DNA of 58,561 nucleotides from a virus (IMGVR_UViG_3300018429_000004:1-58561); one strand, 5' to 3'; positions 28,539 through 38,100 are shown, counted from the stretch's first letter. Notes: a model not told the origin generated them from the letters alone. Program-made: numbers and translations.

Positions 28539-29237
28539 ATGTTCAAGTCCGGCGACAAGATCGTCTGCATTAACACCGTGCTCACCGGCCAGGGCTACAC
28601 CGACCTGGGCCCGCTGACCAAGGGCGAGACCTACACCGTGCGCGGGGTCAGCACCGCTGGCACCATCAACCTGGCCGAGACCCCCGAGGTGTTCTGGTAC
28701 CGCGAGGACCGCTTCGAGGCAGTAGCCCCTGCCGTCACCAAGGACGAGCAGATCGCCACGCTGCGGAAGGAGATCGAGTACCTCCGCGAGACCGAGAACT
28801 CCCAGCAGAAGGCCCTCATCTCGACCCGCGACCAGGAGATCACTCGCTTGATCGAGGTCAAGGAGAGGCTGACGCGGGAGAAGGACCACGAGGGGCAGCG
28901 CTACGAACTGCGCCTCACTGAGGCGAGCGACAAGAGCGATGCGCTCGTCGCCCACCTGCACACCTTCGCCGAGCAGCAGGAGGACGCAGGCAATGACGAC
29001 GTCGCCGACGAGATCGATGGCATCCTCGCCACCTACGGCCTGCCGACGTACAAGAAGACCTACGAGTTGATCCTCACCGTGCCGGTCCAGGTGCGGGTCT
29101 CCGACATCCGAGCCACCAGCCCCGCCAAGGTCCGCGAGATGTTCGACGCGGGCGAGATCAACTGGAACGTCGCCGACCACGAGAGCCAGGTCGACGACGA
29201 GATCAAGGTCGTCGAGATCGCGGAGGTGCCCTCATGA
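28539..29237 (+). CDS. Hypothetical protein with coiled coil
   Basis: 232 aa; FKSGDKIVC...LTKGETYTV SH3-like N-terminus. Confidence 0.7.
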   Translation: MFKSGDKIVCINTVLTGQGYTDLGPLTKGETYTVRGVSTAGTINLAETPEVFWYREDRFEAVAPAVTKDEQIATLRKEIEYLRETENSQQKALISTRDQEITRLIEVKERLTREKDHEGQRYELRLTEASDKSDALVAHLHTFAEQQEDAGNDDVADEIDGILATYGLPTYKKTYELILTVPVQVRVSDIRATSPAKVREMFDAGEINWNVADHESQVDDEIKVVEIAEVPS

Positions 29238-29461
29238 GCACGCCGAACGAGAGCAACACCGTCGTGATCAGCGGCGGCTCGGTCGAGTACGACCTGGACA
29301 GCACGGCCCGACCGATCGACGACATGATCGAGGCACTGCAGGAGGCCAAGGAGAACGGTGCGCTGTTCGTCACCGGCCTGTCCGGCAACGGCCGAGGAGC
29401 CAAGTACATGTACATGTACGTCGACAGCGACGACTTGGAGTTCGTCGAGGACGCGCTGTGA
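29234..29461 (+). CDS. Hypothetical protein
   Basis: 75 aa, acidic, coupled start. Confidence 0.55.
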   Translation: MSTPNESNTVVISGGSVEYDLDSTARPIDDMIEALQEAKENGALFVTGLSGNGRGAKYMYMYVDSDDLEFVEDAL

Positions 29462-29736
29462 CCTGGGCTGCTGGCTGGAAGACCGCTGATGGTGAGATGG
29501 ATGTGGTCCACGAGGCCGACACCTGGTTCTGGGCGTGGAACTACCTCATGGACACCGTCGAGCACCTCCGCGAGGAGGACTGGAAGGAGTACCCCGACGA
29601 GCCTGTCGACGAGTGGTGGCTCGACCTTGAGCGCGACCTGAAGAAGCAGGGTGAGTTCATGAGCCTGCCCCCGAAGGCGTGGACAGGCACGTCCAAGTCC
29701 AAGATCCCGGCAACCCTGTGGATGGAGGAGCGATGA
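29458..29736 (+). CDS. Hypothetical Trp-rich protein
   Basis: 92 aa, coupled start. Confidence 0.55.
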   Translation: MTWAAGWKTADGEMDVVHEADTWFWAWNYLMDTVEHLREEDWKEYPDEPVDEWWLDLERDLKKQGEFMSLPPKAWTGTSKSKIPATLWMEER

Positions 29737-29945
29737 ACCCGCGCGCTGTCCTGATTGGGTTCATGGTCACCCTGGCCGCTCTGGCCTTGCTCGCCAACCT
29801 GGTGGCAGCGCTGCTCGAACCCGAGGAGCCTGAGCCCAAGCCCATCCCGGGCTACCACCCCGAGTGCACGCAGGACGACGTCGCTGACGGAGCCTGCCTG
29901 ACCTGGGACGACATCCGAGAACAACCACTGAAAGGCAACTGACCC

Positions 29946-30362
29946 ATGAACGACATCAACACCGCCATCGCCGACCTGCGTACGGCGATCGCCGCCAACG
30001 CACCGCGTGACCGGTTCGCGATCGCCACCGTCATCCGCTGGACTGCTTCCGAGCGGTACACCTACGCCGCGATCAAGACCACCGTTGGCTGGTTCACCAC
30101 CGCCCGTCGCGGCAACCCGTTCATCAAGAACATGCTCACCTACGAGGAGTTGGAGGAGATCCTGGCCCGGCCGGAGACCACCGACGCCGCCGTCGCCACC
30201 ACCTGGGAGTTCCTCGACGGCCAGGGCGAGCGCGAGATCGACGTGCGGGAGGAGCCGACCGAGTCGTGGCCGAGAGTCCGGTTCCAGGCGGCCTTGAACG
30301 AGGACCCGAGCGCCGACGCGGGCAACGATCGGCACCCGGGCTGGAGCGGAGAGCGCCTCTGA
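29946..30362 (+). CDS. Hypothetical protein
   Basis: 138 aa; TVIRW...YTYAAIK...WFTT motif. Confidence 0.65.
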   Translation: MNDINTAIADLRTAIAANAPRDRFAIATVIRWTASERYTYAAIKTTVGWFTTARRGNPFIKNMLTYEELEEILARPETTDAAVATTWEFLDGQGEREIDVREEPTESWPRVRFQAALNEDPSADAGNDRHPGWSGERL

Positions 30363-30481
30363 TGCGAGCGATCATCAGGAGGATCCTCCGGCTGCCCGCC
30401 GGGACCTGTCCGCAGTGCGGCGGCTACTCCAGCCAAGGTGGTCTCTGCTACCGCTGCCGTACCGGCGGCTGACCAATTATC

Positions 30482-30513
30482 GAGGGCCCCTCCGCGCCAA
30501 CGGAGGGGCTCTC
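30482..30513. terminator. GC-rich intergenic hairpin
   Basis: GAGGGCCCCTCCG / CGGAGGGGCTCTC; no U-tract. Confidence 0.4.
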
Positions 30514-30539
30514 ACCCATCTCTGAAAGGGACCACCATC

Positions 30540-31145
30540 ATGACCGACCCCACCGACTGGCCGCAATACCTGCCGACCAAGAGAACCCTGGTCAACCGCG
30601 TGCTGCGCTGGTTCGACCAGGCCTCACCCCACGACATCGAGCAGGGCGCGACCTGGTACGCCGATGCTCACGCGCTGGCCTCCGACCTGGCCCCGGCTCT
30701 GTCGAACGACGGCGACGGGCTGAAACGTGCGGCCGAGGTCATCGCCGCGCTGAGCCCGCGCACCATCTGGTCGCGCAACGCAGCCGGTGCCGTGCTTCTC
30801 GTCACCAAGGGCGAGGCACTGCCCGGCCTGCTTGGCCGCAACGTCGGGCTGGCCCGCCAGATCATCGAGGGCGAGCGACTGGCCAGCCTGACCAACGGCC
30901 CGAAGATCCAGGCGTTCGCGAAGAACATCGCGGGCGACACCTGGACCGTGACCGTGGACGTACACGCGGCGTACGCCGTGGGGGTTGACGAGAAGACCCT
31001 CTCGCGAGCACGCTGCTACGACGCTGTGGCCGAGGCCTACCAGGCCGCTGCCCTGGCGCGTGGAGTCGAGCCGAGCACGATGCAAGCAACGACCTGGATC
31101 CTTGCCCGTCGGGCGAAGTGGTCCTTGAACCGACAGCGTGGATAG
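30540..31145 (+). CDS. Conserved phage protein, possibly helix-hairpin-helix DNA glycosylase-like
   Basis: WY..AH, VIAALSP..W..N, GPK..F..NI, VTVDVHA and QATTW motifs. Confidence 0.6.
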   Translation: MTDPTDWPQYLPTKRTLVNRVLRWFDQASPHDIEQGATWYADAHALASDLAPALSNDGDGLKRAAEVIAALSPRTIWSRNAAGAVLLVTKGEALPGLLGRNVGLARQIIEGERLASLTNGPKIQAFAKNIAGDTWTVTVDVHAAYAVGVDEKTLSRARCYDAVAEAYQAAALARGVEPSTMQATTWILARRAKWSLNRQRG

Positions 31146-31152
31146 ATCTATC
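31141..31152. promoter_or_regulatory. Palindrome GATAGATCTATC (operator-like)
   Basis: Exact core; supplies the TAG stop of the upstream gene. Confidence 0.7.
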
Positions 31153-31173
31153 CCGGAGAAACAGGAGAAGTAG

Positions 31174-31569
31174 ATGAGCGAGATCAAGATCGTGCCCACC
31201 CACATCGAGGGGGCAAACCTCGGGGACACCGTCTGGGACAAGGAGTCCGGCACGGAGTTCACGATCATGGCGTTCAGCGGCAAGAGGAACCAGATCAGCC
31301 TGATCGACGCCGAGGGCCAGCGGTGGATCGACAACCCGGAGAACCTGACCACGACCCCGCCGAAGCGGGAGTGGAAGGTTGGCGACGAGGTCATCACCAC
31401 GCAGGACTACGAGAGTCTCCCGGTTCGAGCGATCTGCATCGACCGCACGTGGGACTACGCCCCGATCTATCGGAGCGGGTACGGGTTCTACTACGCCAAC
31501 AGCACGAGCAGGCGGGTCGAGCCCGACGCCATCAGCGCTCGCCGCGTCATCATCTACCTGGAGGGTTGA
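31174..31569 (+). CDS. Hypothetical protein
   Basis: 131 aa; AGGAG RBS. Confidence 0.65.
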   Translation: MSEIKIVPTHIEGANLGDTVWDKESGTEFTIMAFSGKRNQISLIDAEGQRWIDNPENLTTTPPKREWKVGDEVITTQDYESLPVRAICIDRTWDYAPIYRSGYGFYYANSTSRRVEPDAISARRVIIYLEG

Positions 31570-31570
31570 G

Positions 31571-31999
31571 ATGACTGAGCACCGACCTGGTGACATCGCG
31601 ATGGTGACCGCAGGCGGGCACACCGCGCCCGCTGTGTACGGTCGTATCCCCGATGCCGACATCGCGTTCTGGTCTCTTCTGGACGGAGGACTGTTCCTGA
31701 CCTCCGACAAGGGGCTGGAGATAGGCCCCGTGCTCGGCAACGTCGCCGACTTGGCGGCGGCCGAGGCTGCCAAGATCCACGTCGGCGACACCGTGAAGGC
31801 GACCCAGGATCTGATCAACAGCGTCCAGCATCACGCCTTCAAGGACGAAGGCTGGTGGAACGGACACCCGATGGTCGTCACCCGCATCCGCAAGAGGACT
31901 AACGGCACCGACGAGTACACCTGCCGGTGGGGCGAGACCTCCTACTACCTGTCCGAGAACGGGATCGTGAAGATCTCACCTGAGAGGAACCACCCATGA
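31571..31999 (+). CDS. Hypothetical protein
   Basis: Start MTEHRPG after GGAGG. Confidence 0.6.
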   Translation: MTEHRPGDIAMVTAGGHTAPAVYGRIPDADIAFWSLLDGGLFLTSDKGLEIGPVLGNVADLAAAEAAKIHVGDTVKATQDLINSVQHHAFKDEGWWNGHPMVVTRIRKRTNGTDEYTCRWGETSYYLSENGIVKISPERNHP

Positions 32000-32364
32000 G
32001 TGACTCAGCAACCATCCGCTTCTGGACTCACAACGAGGACCCCCACCCGATCGGGCTCTACCTGCACTGGGACGGAGGCCGCTACGCCAAGGTGCTGGCC
32101 GATGCTCTGCGGGTGGCCAAGCCCCGCTGGGACGACGAGGACTACGCCAACCGCATGGCAGTCCAGGCGATCCTGGTGTCTGTGGGTATCTCAGCCGACA
32201 CCCTCGGAGCCGGCCTGTTCGCAGGCACTGCCTCTCGGGACGAGGACCACCCGACCCTGAACGTGAACTGGAAGACCCAGATCGTGTGGTCTGACGACTG
32301 GCAGATGTCCTTCACGCAGTTCCTCAGGAACGACGGCAACGTCTGGGAGATGATGCAGGCATGA
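31996..32364 (+). CDS. Hypothetical protein
   Basis: 122 aa; LYLHWDG...RWDDEDYANR motif; GAGAGGAACCACCC RBS. Confidence 0.7.
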   Translation: MSDSATIRFWTHNEDPHPIGLYLHWDGGRYAKVLADALRVAKPRWDDEDYANRMAVQAILVSVGISADTLGAGLFAGTASRDEDHPTLNVNWKTQIVWSDDWQMSFTQFLRNDGNVWEMMQA

Positions 32365-32807
32365 GCGCTGAGAACCGAGAGAAGATCCGTCAGGCCGCTG
32401 ACGCCACCATCGACACGATCAACGAGGCGGGGTTCCTGACCCCCGCCGGAGGAGACGCGGTGAAGGCATTTGGGCTTCTTCTGATCGCAGCGGCACTGGT
32501 CGAGGTGGCCGAGGCCATCGAGAAGGCAGGGCCACGATGAAGGTCATCGGGCTCGGGTCCTGTGCTGTCGGCGGATTCCTGATCGCGGCTGACGTGTTGA
32601 GCGAGAGCACTATGGGCATGGCACTGTGGAAGATCCTCGATAGGAAGGAGGAGTGATGTTCCCGAGGCTGAAGGCCCACATCGACCGCAAGACCGAGGAG
32701 AACCTGGCGCAGATGCCACTCCACGAGCAGGACCAGATCAACGAGGCAGCGAAGACCTTTCGGGGTACCGTCCGCTATCTCCTCGACAACTTCAAGAGGA
32801 CAGGACG

Positions 32808-33176
32808 ATGACGCACTGCTTCATCAAGGTCGAGTTGGGGTTCGCCCCGCCCCGGCCCTACACGTACGCCTGGGAGGGCGACGAGCCCATCACGCGAGGC
32901 GACTTCGTGGTCGTCCCGCCGAACACCTACAACCCCGCCCCGGCCATCGGCCGCGTGCTGCGTACGATGCCTAACCCGGACTTCGCCGGGGACATCACCG
33001 TACTCAAGCAGAAGGCGAGCACCGAGGTGGTCAAGCGGCCGGTGCGCCAGTCGGACCGGTACGTGATGACCGCCGATCTGAACCGCAAGATCGACGAGAT
33101 GCACGGGCCCGGCGCAGCCGCCGCACTCGACGCAGCCATCGCCGACGGGTCGGTCTTCGGAGACGACGTGCTGTGA
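32808..33176 (+). CDS. Hypothetical protein
   Basis: 122 aa; YTY...GDFVVVP. Confidence 0.6.
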   Translation: MTHCFIKVELGFAPPRPYTYAWEGDEPITRGDFVVVPPNTYNPAPAIGRVLRTMPNPDFAGDITVLKQKASTEVVKRPVRQSDRYVMTADLNRKIDEMHGPGAAAALDAAIADGSVFGDDVL

Positions 33177-33385
33177 GTCTCCTCGATCCGCCGTTCTGGT
33201 CCTTCGACGTGCAGACGGTGGATCACGACGACCTCAAGGAGACCGGCTACACCAAGGCGCGCTGGTCTCGGGTCACCATCGACCGCCTGCAGGTGCCGGA
33301 CTGGCGTCACGCGTACGCCGACGCCGCCTGCATGGTGGTCGCCATCCACGGCGGGATGCCCACTCGGGTCCTGCCGAGGTACTAG
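33173..33385 (+). CDS. Hypothetical protein
   Basis: 70 aa; stop overlaps the convergent gene. Confidence 0.5.
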   Translation: MSLLDPPFWSFDVQTVDHDDLKETGYTKARWSRVTIDRLQVPDWRHAYADAACMVVAIHGGMPTRVLPRY

Positions 33386-33684
33386 CGGTGCTTCACCCTG
33401 AGGATCAGCGAGCGGTCGTCCTGACGGCCCGCCGAGGTGGTGATGTGGCAGACGGCCAGGTAGTTCTGGTCGTCTACCCCGCCCTGGAGCCACACAACGC
33501 ACTTGCCGTCGGTGATGGACTCCGGGTGGACCAGGGACTTGGTCACAGCGCCGATGCCGACCGTCGGCAGCGTCCAGACCGCTGCGGTGATGGTCTCCCC
33601 CGCCTGCAGCCAGGTGGTGAAGTCGAAGCCGTAGTCAAGGACAGCCTCGGGGTCATGGATGAAGGTGGGGATCTGGTGCGGCAT
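33382..33684 (-). CDS. Fibre-tail adaptor-like virion protein
   Basis: DPEAVLDYGFDF..WL...ETI...VWLQGG...Y...CHITTSAGRQDDRS. Confidence 0.6.
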   Translation of the reverse strand: MPHQIPTFIHDPEAVLDYGFDFTTWLQAGETITAAVWTLPTVGIGAVTKSLVHPESITDGKCVVWLQGGVDDQNYLAVCHITTSAGRQDDRSLILRVKHR

Positions 33685-35138
33685 CAGAAGTCCTCTGCTG
33701 AGATGGGAACGATGCGGCTCTCTGCCTGCACCGCAGGTACGCGGGACTCCCGGGCCACGGTCGCTGTCCGCTCCGGGTCCGGCGGCGGAATGACCGGCCC
33801 GATCGGCGACGTCACCCCGACGGCAGTGAGGGTCGGCGGACCGACCACGACCGTCGGCAGGCTGGCCACGAGGGTCCCGCTGAAGGTTGGCGCGGTCACC
33901 ATGCCCGCAGCACTGACAGACGGTGGCCCGATCGTGATCGTCGGCAGGTCAGTCAGGACCGACCCAGCGTACGTCGGCGCAGCCACCACGCCCGCAACGC
34001 TGACGGTCGGCGGACCCACCGTGACCTCCGGGAGGCTCGCGAGCAGAGCACCCTCGCCAGGAGGCGTGAACGCCCCGCTCGCCGCCATGAGCGGAGGCCC
34101 TGCCGTGAGACCAGGAACGCTGGCGATCAGGTCACCGCTGTAGATGGGCGGCGCGATCACCCCCGCCACAGCCATGGTCGGAGGACCGACCGTGACCGGC
34201 GGGAGATCGGCGACCAGCGTACCGGCCACGGAAGGAGGTGTCACGGTGCCGCTCGCGGCCATCGTCGGCGGGCCCACGGTCACGGTCGGAAAGCTCGCCG
34301 CAACAACTCCCGCGTACGTCGGCGGAGCAACCGTCCCCGCCATGCTCGCGGTCGACGGACCCACGGTCACGCTGGGGGTCGAGGCCGCGACGGAGCCTGT
34401 GTAGACAGGCACGCTGACGGTTCCCGTGATTGCCGCCGTTGAGGGGCCTACCGTCAGAGACGGAGTAGACGCCACCAAAGATCCAGTGACGGCAGCATCA
34501 GCCACGTTCAGTGCGAGGACCAGACGCTCAATGGTCGGGCTGCCAACGGTGGAGGTGGCTGCAGCCGAGAAGGTCGCATCCACCTGATCCTCAAGGTAGG
34601 CCAGCGAGAAGCCGTACCCATCCGTCCCGGAGGCGATGATGCCTGTGTCGGTCGCTTCGGTGCCTGTGCTCCAGGTGTAGGAGGGGGCCACGGCTGCGTT
34701 GATGTCCTGGCAGGCAACGGCGGCACGGAAGTCAGCGGCTGAGGTCAGCCCCGACAGGGACGGACCCGCCCCGCCGGAGGACACATTCCCCTGCGCGGCA
34801 ACACCGATGAAGGTTGTTCCTGCCGGGAACTCGTAGACGTCAAACAGGACAGGGTAGTTGGACGCGTTGTGCGTGGTCGTGAAGGTGTCTCCACCAGCCG
34901 CAGTTCGGTGCCACAGGTAGAGCCCGGCGTTGTTGATGGCTGACCCGCCAGCAGGTAGCGTCCAGCCCGCTGGCGTGGTCGAGGTGACTGCACCACCTGC
35001 CAGGACAACCAGGAAGTTTCCGGCGGTCGGCGTGAACAGGCTGCCCGCAACGACAGTCCCGGATGATGGGTCAACCGTGTGCGTGAGGGTCCCGTTGCGT
35101 GGCGCAGCGATGGCTACGTGGTTCAGCCACTTGACCAT
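33684..35138 (-). CDS. Fibre-like virion protein with eight ~29-aa tandem repeats
   Basis: 484 aa, A/T/V/G/P-rich; beta-rich N-terminal domain; repeats G.LVAS.P.VTVGPPT....G.V..P. Confidence 0.7.
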   Translation of the reverse strand: MVKWLNHVAIAAPRNGTLTHTVDPSSGTVVAGSLFTPTAGNFLVVLAGGAVTSTTPAGWTLPAGGSAINNAGLYLWHRTAAGGDTFTTTHNASNYPVLFDVYEFPAGTTFIGVAAQGNVSSGGAGPSLSGLTSAADFRAAVACQDINAAVAPSYTWSTGTEATDTGIIASGTDGYGFSLAYLEDQVDATFSAAATSTVGSPTIERLVLALNVADAAVTGSLVASTPSLTVGPSTAAITGTVSVPVYTGSVAASTPSVTVGPSTASMAGTVAPPTYAGVVAASFPTVTVGPPTMAASGTVTPPSVAGTLVADLPPVTVGPPTMAVAGVIAPPIYSGDLIASVPGLTAGPPLMAASGAFTPPGEGALLASLPEVTVGPPTVSVAGVVAAPTYAGSVLTDLPTITIGPPSVSAAGMVTAPTFSGTLVASLPTVVVGPPTLTAVGVTSPIGPVIPPPDPERTATVARESRVPAVQAESRIVPISAEDF

Positions 35139-35155
35139 GGCCTACGCCTCTCGGG

Positions 35156-35584
35156 CTAGGAGGTCGGTGCGGTGACGGGGATGGTGATGACCGGAGCGCC
35201 GAGGTCGACCGAGCCACCGGAGATGATGTCCGTGTCGTTGAGCGACAGGTCACCCGAGCCCTCGCCAACCGAGCCCTCCATGATGGCCGTGCCACCCGAG
35301 GTCTGGATCCGGAAGTACCCCGCCGTGCCGGTCGCGGCAGCAGTCACGGCGGCCGGGTTGGAGCCGGTGATCTGACCGGCAGCCGGGGTGGCTGCGGTCC
35401 AGGACGCGATGGTGACCGAGGCGAGCAAGGCACCTGTCGCGGCATTGCCGGGACCAGGCGCAGCCCCGGTGCGGATCTGGAGCACGCTGTTGGCGCCGAG
35501 CGAGGTGACGAGAGCGTCGTCCACGGCGGCAGTTGCAGCATCATCGAGAGCGGTTGCGACGGCGGTTGTGATGACGATTGCCAT
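35156..35584 (-). CDS. Small virion fibre / decoration protein
   Basis: 142 aa; IRTGAAP...GALLA...ATGTAGYFRI...GSVG..SGDL.L...I.SG..V. Confidence 0.65.
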   Translation of the reverse strand: MAIVITTAVATALDDAATAAVDDALVTSLGANSVLQIRTGAAPGPGNAATGALLASVTIASWTAATPAAGQITGSNPAAVTAAATGTAGYFRIQTSGGTAIMEGSVGEGSGDLSLNDTDIISGGSVDLGAPVITIPVTAPTS

Positions 35585-36084
35585 GGTAAGTAACTCCTGA
35601 GTCTAGATGCCTCAGGGTAGACCAACCAATGAGAGAGGGACCAACAATGGCCAAGAAGAAGCCCGAGAAGTGGTACGGCGAGGAAAGCAGCACAGTTGCC
35701 AAGCCGCCCCCCGTCCGGCCTGGTGCCTGCAAGCACTGCGGCGCGTACCCACCCTGCACACCCAAGGAGAAGAAGTGACCAAGAAGTTGCCGATCGACAA
35801 AGGCAGCCCATTCGACGATCCCTCCCCTGCTGAGAGCGACAGTGCAAAGCGGCAGCGGGAACTGGACGCCGCGAAGAAGAAGGTCGACCAGACCCGCAAG
35901 ACCTTGCCCAAGATCCTGAAGGGGAAGAAGTGATGGGGCTGTTCGACTGGCTATTCGGACCAACCGAGAAGTCGTTCAAGAAAAAGTCGCTGGACCAGCA
36001 GGTCAAGGCGATGAAGAAGAACCGCGAAGGCAAGGTCCGCACCCGCGACCGCCGCAAGGCTGACAAGAAGTTCAAGAAGGGGAA

Positions 36085-36276
36085 GTGGTGATGGTGGCTG
36101 ACTTCTTCAAGGCCATTGCCGACTCAGTCGCCGAGGGTCTCAGCAAGGCGATGGTTGACCTGCTGCGCGAGGCCTTCGAGGCGGGTCGCGACTACCACTC
36201 TTGGAGTCAGTCCGACCTCTCTGAGCAGTCGAGGGAACCTGACTTCGATGAGTGGGTCTCCAAGCGTTTCAAGTAA
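36085..36276 (+). CDS. Hypothetical protein
   Basis: 63 aa; AFEAGR...FDEW. Confidence 0.45.
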   Translation: MVMVADFFKAIADSVAEGLSKAMVDLLREAFEAGRDYHSWSQSDLSEQSREPDFDEWVSKRFK

Positions 36277-36289
36277 GAGGAGGAGAAGC

Positions 36290-36577
36290 ATGAGTGTCAA
36301 GAACCTGTGGAACCACTCAGACGAGATCGACACCAAGGCATGGGTCAGCATCTGGATGATCCCGCAACCGGGCATCTGGCCTTTCACTGCTGAAGATGTC
36401 ATCGACCGGCTCAACAACTGGTTGGAGTGCCTCGGCGCGGAGTTCCGATTTGAGCCGAATCCGGTGGTGAGCAACGACCACTACGCCCTGATGCAGGTGC
36501 GCGACCACGTCCAGGCTCTCGCGGTCACCGCGCTGGGCCGGATGGCGGCGCAGACCCTGCTCGATGAGAAGGGATAG
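36290..36577 (+). CDS. Hypothetical protein
   Basis: Start MSVKNLW after GAGGAGGAG; stop lies inside a variant palindrome. Confidence 0.6.
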   Translation: MSVKNLWNHSDEIDTKAWVSIWMIPQPGIWPFTAEDVIDRLNNWLECLGAEFRFEPNPVVSNDHYALMQVRDHVQALAVTALGRMAAQTLLDEKG

Positions 36578-36581
36578 ATCT

Positions 36582-36962
36582 ATGCGAGTCGTCAGGGTCA
36601 AGGCTCGGTACGTGCACGGGACCGGTCGGAACACGCAGATGTTCCACATCATCAACCTCGACCAGGTGCGGACGTGGAGAACGCACAACTACACCAAGGA
36701 CAACGGCGAGGGGTGGGTAATCCTCGTCCTCCACACCGCGTGCGGCACTCGGGCGTCGATGACCAGCACACCCAACCTGCACGACTCCATGACCCTGGCG
36801 ATCAACCCGCCGAAGGGTCTCAGGCCCTGCCCCCGGTGCTTCCAGCGCTGGGAGGCACTGGGCAAGCCGCTCACGGCAGACCAATGGCGAGACAACGTCA
36901 AGACGTTGCGGGTCATGACCGGCCACGCCAACCGAGCAAAAGCGAGAGGGAACCAGCGATGA
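36582..36962 (+). CDS. Hypothetical protein with H..CG...CPRC Zn-binding-like motif
   Basis: ATG lies inside GATAGATCTATG. Confidence 0.55.
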   Translation: MRVVRVKARYVHGTGRNTQMFHIINLDQVRTWRTHNYTKDNGEGWVILVLHTACGTRASMTSTPNLHDSMTLAINPPKGLRPCPRCFQRWEALGKPLTADQWRDNVKTLRVMTGHANRAKARGNQR

Positions 36963-37291
36963 CTGAGGAAGAGGAGGTAAGAGAACTTCAACTCACGATC
37001 GCCCGGCTGGAGGGTGAGCGAGAAGCAGCCCAGCAAGCCACCCGCGAGATCATGAAGGAGCGCAACACCTGGGCCCGCGAACTCGCTGACATGCGTGGCG
37101 AGCGGGACGACGCACGGGAGAACCTGGACAACCTCCGCTCGTTGGCTGCCGAGCAGCAGGGCTTCGACCTCGCTCGGATCGTGAACCTGGAAGGAGTGAT
37201 TCGGGACTTCCTGGAGGAGTACGAGGCCTCCTGCCCCGACCGGTGGCCGGGCGGGATCAACAAGATGAGAGGGGCGTTGGAGGATGACTGA
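36959..37291 (+). CDS. Coiled-coil hypothetical protein
   Basis: Start MTEEEEV; ATGA overlap. Confidence 0.55.
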   Translation: MTEEEEVRELQLTIARLEGEREAAQQATREIMKERNTWARELADMRGERDDARENLDNLRSLAAEQQGFDLARIVNLEGVIRDFLEEYEASCPDRWPGGINKMRGALEDD

Positions 37292-37490
37292 AAGGGAGGA
37301 AGACCCAACCATCGAGGAGATTCAGCGAGTCGGCCGGTACTGGGCCAAGGTGAAGATGCTCACCTGCGAGCACAGCAACGGGATTGCTGTTGATCCCGAC
37401 GGGATGACCTGCCCCGACTGCGGACAGCCGCTGCGGTTCCTGTCAGAGATCCAGATCGAGGAACTACGGTCGGTGCCGAGAAGCAGTTGA
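37284..37490 (+). CDS. Small Zn-ribbon protein
   Basis: CEH...CPDCG; GGAGG RBS. Confidence 0.55.
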   Translation: MTEREEDPTIEEIQRVGRYWAKVKMLTCEHSNGIAVDPDGMTCPDCGQPLRFLSEIQIEELRSVPRSS

Positions 37491-37517
37491 CAGCCTACCC
37501 CTAGTGTAGGGTAAGGT
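37487..37517 (+). promoter_or_regulatory. Candidate sigma70-type promoter for the ncRNA array
   Basis: TTGACA (37487-37492) and TAAGGT (37512-37517); the 19-bp spacer is long. Confidence 0.4.
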
Positions 37518-37524
37518 CGTCTCT

Positions 37525-37572
37525 CGTTGGGCCGGGAGCGGGGGCGCTCCTCGACATACTTCCGGCCCAACG
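37525..37572 (+). ncRNA. Leader hairpin of the ncRNA array
   Basis: CGTTGGGCCGGGAG / CTTCCGGCCCAACG 14-bp stem at the predicted transcript start. Confidence 0.45.
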
Positions 37573-37613
37573 GCACAACTCAATAAGCGCAAACCCCTTA
37601 GAGTTCAGGGAGA

Positions 37614-37678
37614 CGGTGAGCCGATCTCGCGTCGGTTATCTTTGGTGATTATCCCGGCGTGAACTAACTTGTTCACCG
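37614..37678 (+). ncRNA. Y-RNA-like unit 1 (minimal, no tRNA domain)
   Basis: CGGTGAGCCGA...TCGGTTATC...CCGG...ACTTGTTCACCG; the ends pair. Confidence 0.65.
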
Positions 37679-37696
37679 CCACCCTGAGCGCTAAGT

Positions 37697-37830
37697 GTGT
37701 CGAGCCGAATGTGTTCGGTTATCGCCTTCAGAGCGGGTGACGCAGGTTCGAATCCTGCCGTCTGACTTAGGTCAGGCGTCGTCCAGCGGCCTAGGACCCC
37801 TAACCCCGGACGCAACAACTTGTTCGACAT
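37697..37830 (+). ncRNA. Y-RNA unit 2, YrlA-type permuted tRNA mimic
   Basis: TGTCGAGCCGAA.../CTTGTTCGACA; T arm GCAGG-TTCGAAT-CCTGC; acceptor stem closed by TTAG; D arm GTCC-AGCGGCCTA-GGAC. Confidence 0.85.
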
Positions 37831-37838
37831 CTTGCGCT

Positions 37839-37944
37839 GATGTGAGCCGAAGAGTATTCGGTTATCAGCCAAAGCAGCGGCTCACGCTGCTTTTCTGGGA
37901 TCACCTGTGAGGGCCCCGCCCGGATCTCACCCTTTGCTCACATC
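37839..37944 (+). ncRNA. Y-RNA-like unit 3 (non-tRNA insert)
   Basis: GATGTGAGCCGAAG.../TTTGCTCACATC; insert has hairpin AAGCAGCG-GCTCA-CGCTGCTT. Confidence 0.75.
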
Positions 37945-37956
37945 TCTAACTTCATA

Positions 37957-38090
37957 TGCTGAGCCGAAGTGTTTCGGTTATCGCAAATCTGTAAGTTGCG
38001 GGTTCGAGTCCCGCCGTCCTGGTTAGCCGGGTCGTAGCTCAACTGGTAGAGTGACAGACAAAACCCCCGGAACACGCTACTTGTTCAGCA
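37957..38090 (+). ncRNA. Y-RNA unit 4, YrlA-type permuted tRNA mimic
   Basis: TGCTGAGCCGAAG.../CTTGTTCAGCA; T arm GCGGG-TTCGAGT-CCCGC; TTAG-closed acceptor stem; D arm TAGCTC-AACTGGTA-GAGT; TCTGT/ACAGA anticodon-stem equivalent. Confidence 0.88.
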
Positions 38091-38100
38091 GACTAACTTC

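Noticed and set aside
37636-37910. Short ORFs over the ncRNA array
   Set aside because: No RBS, atypical codon usage; RNA structure explains the region better.
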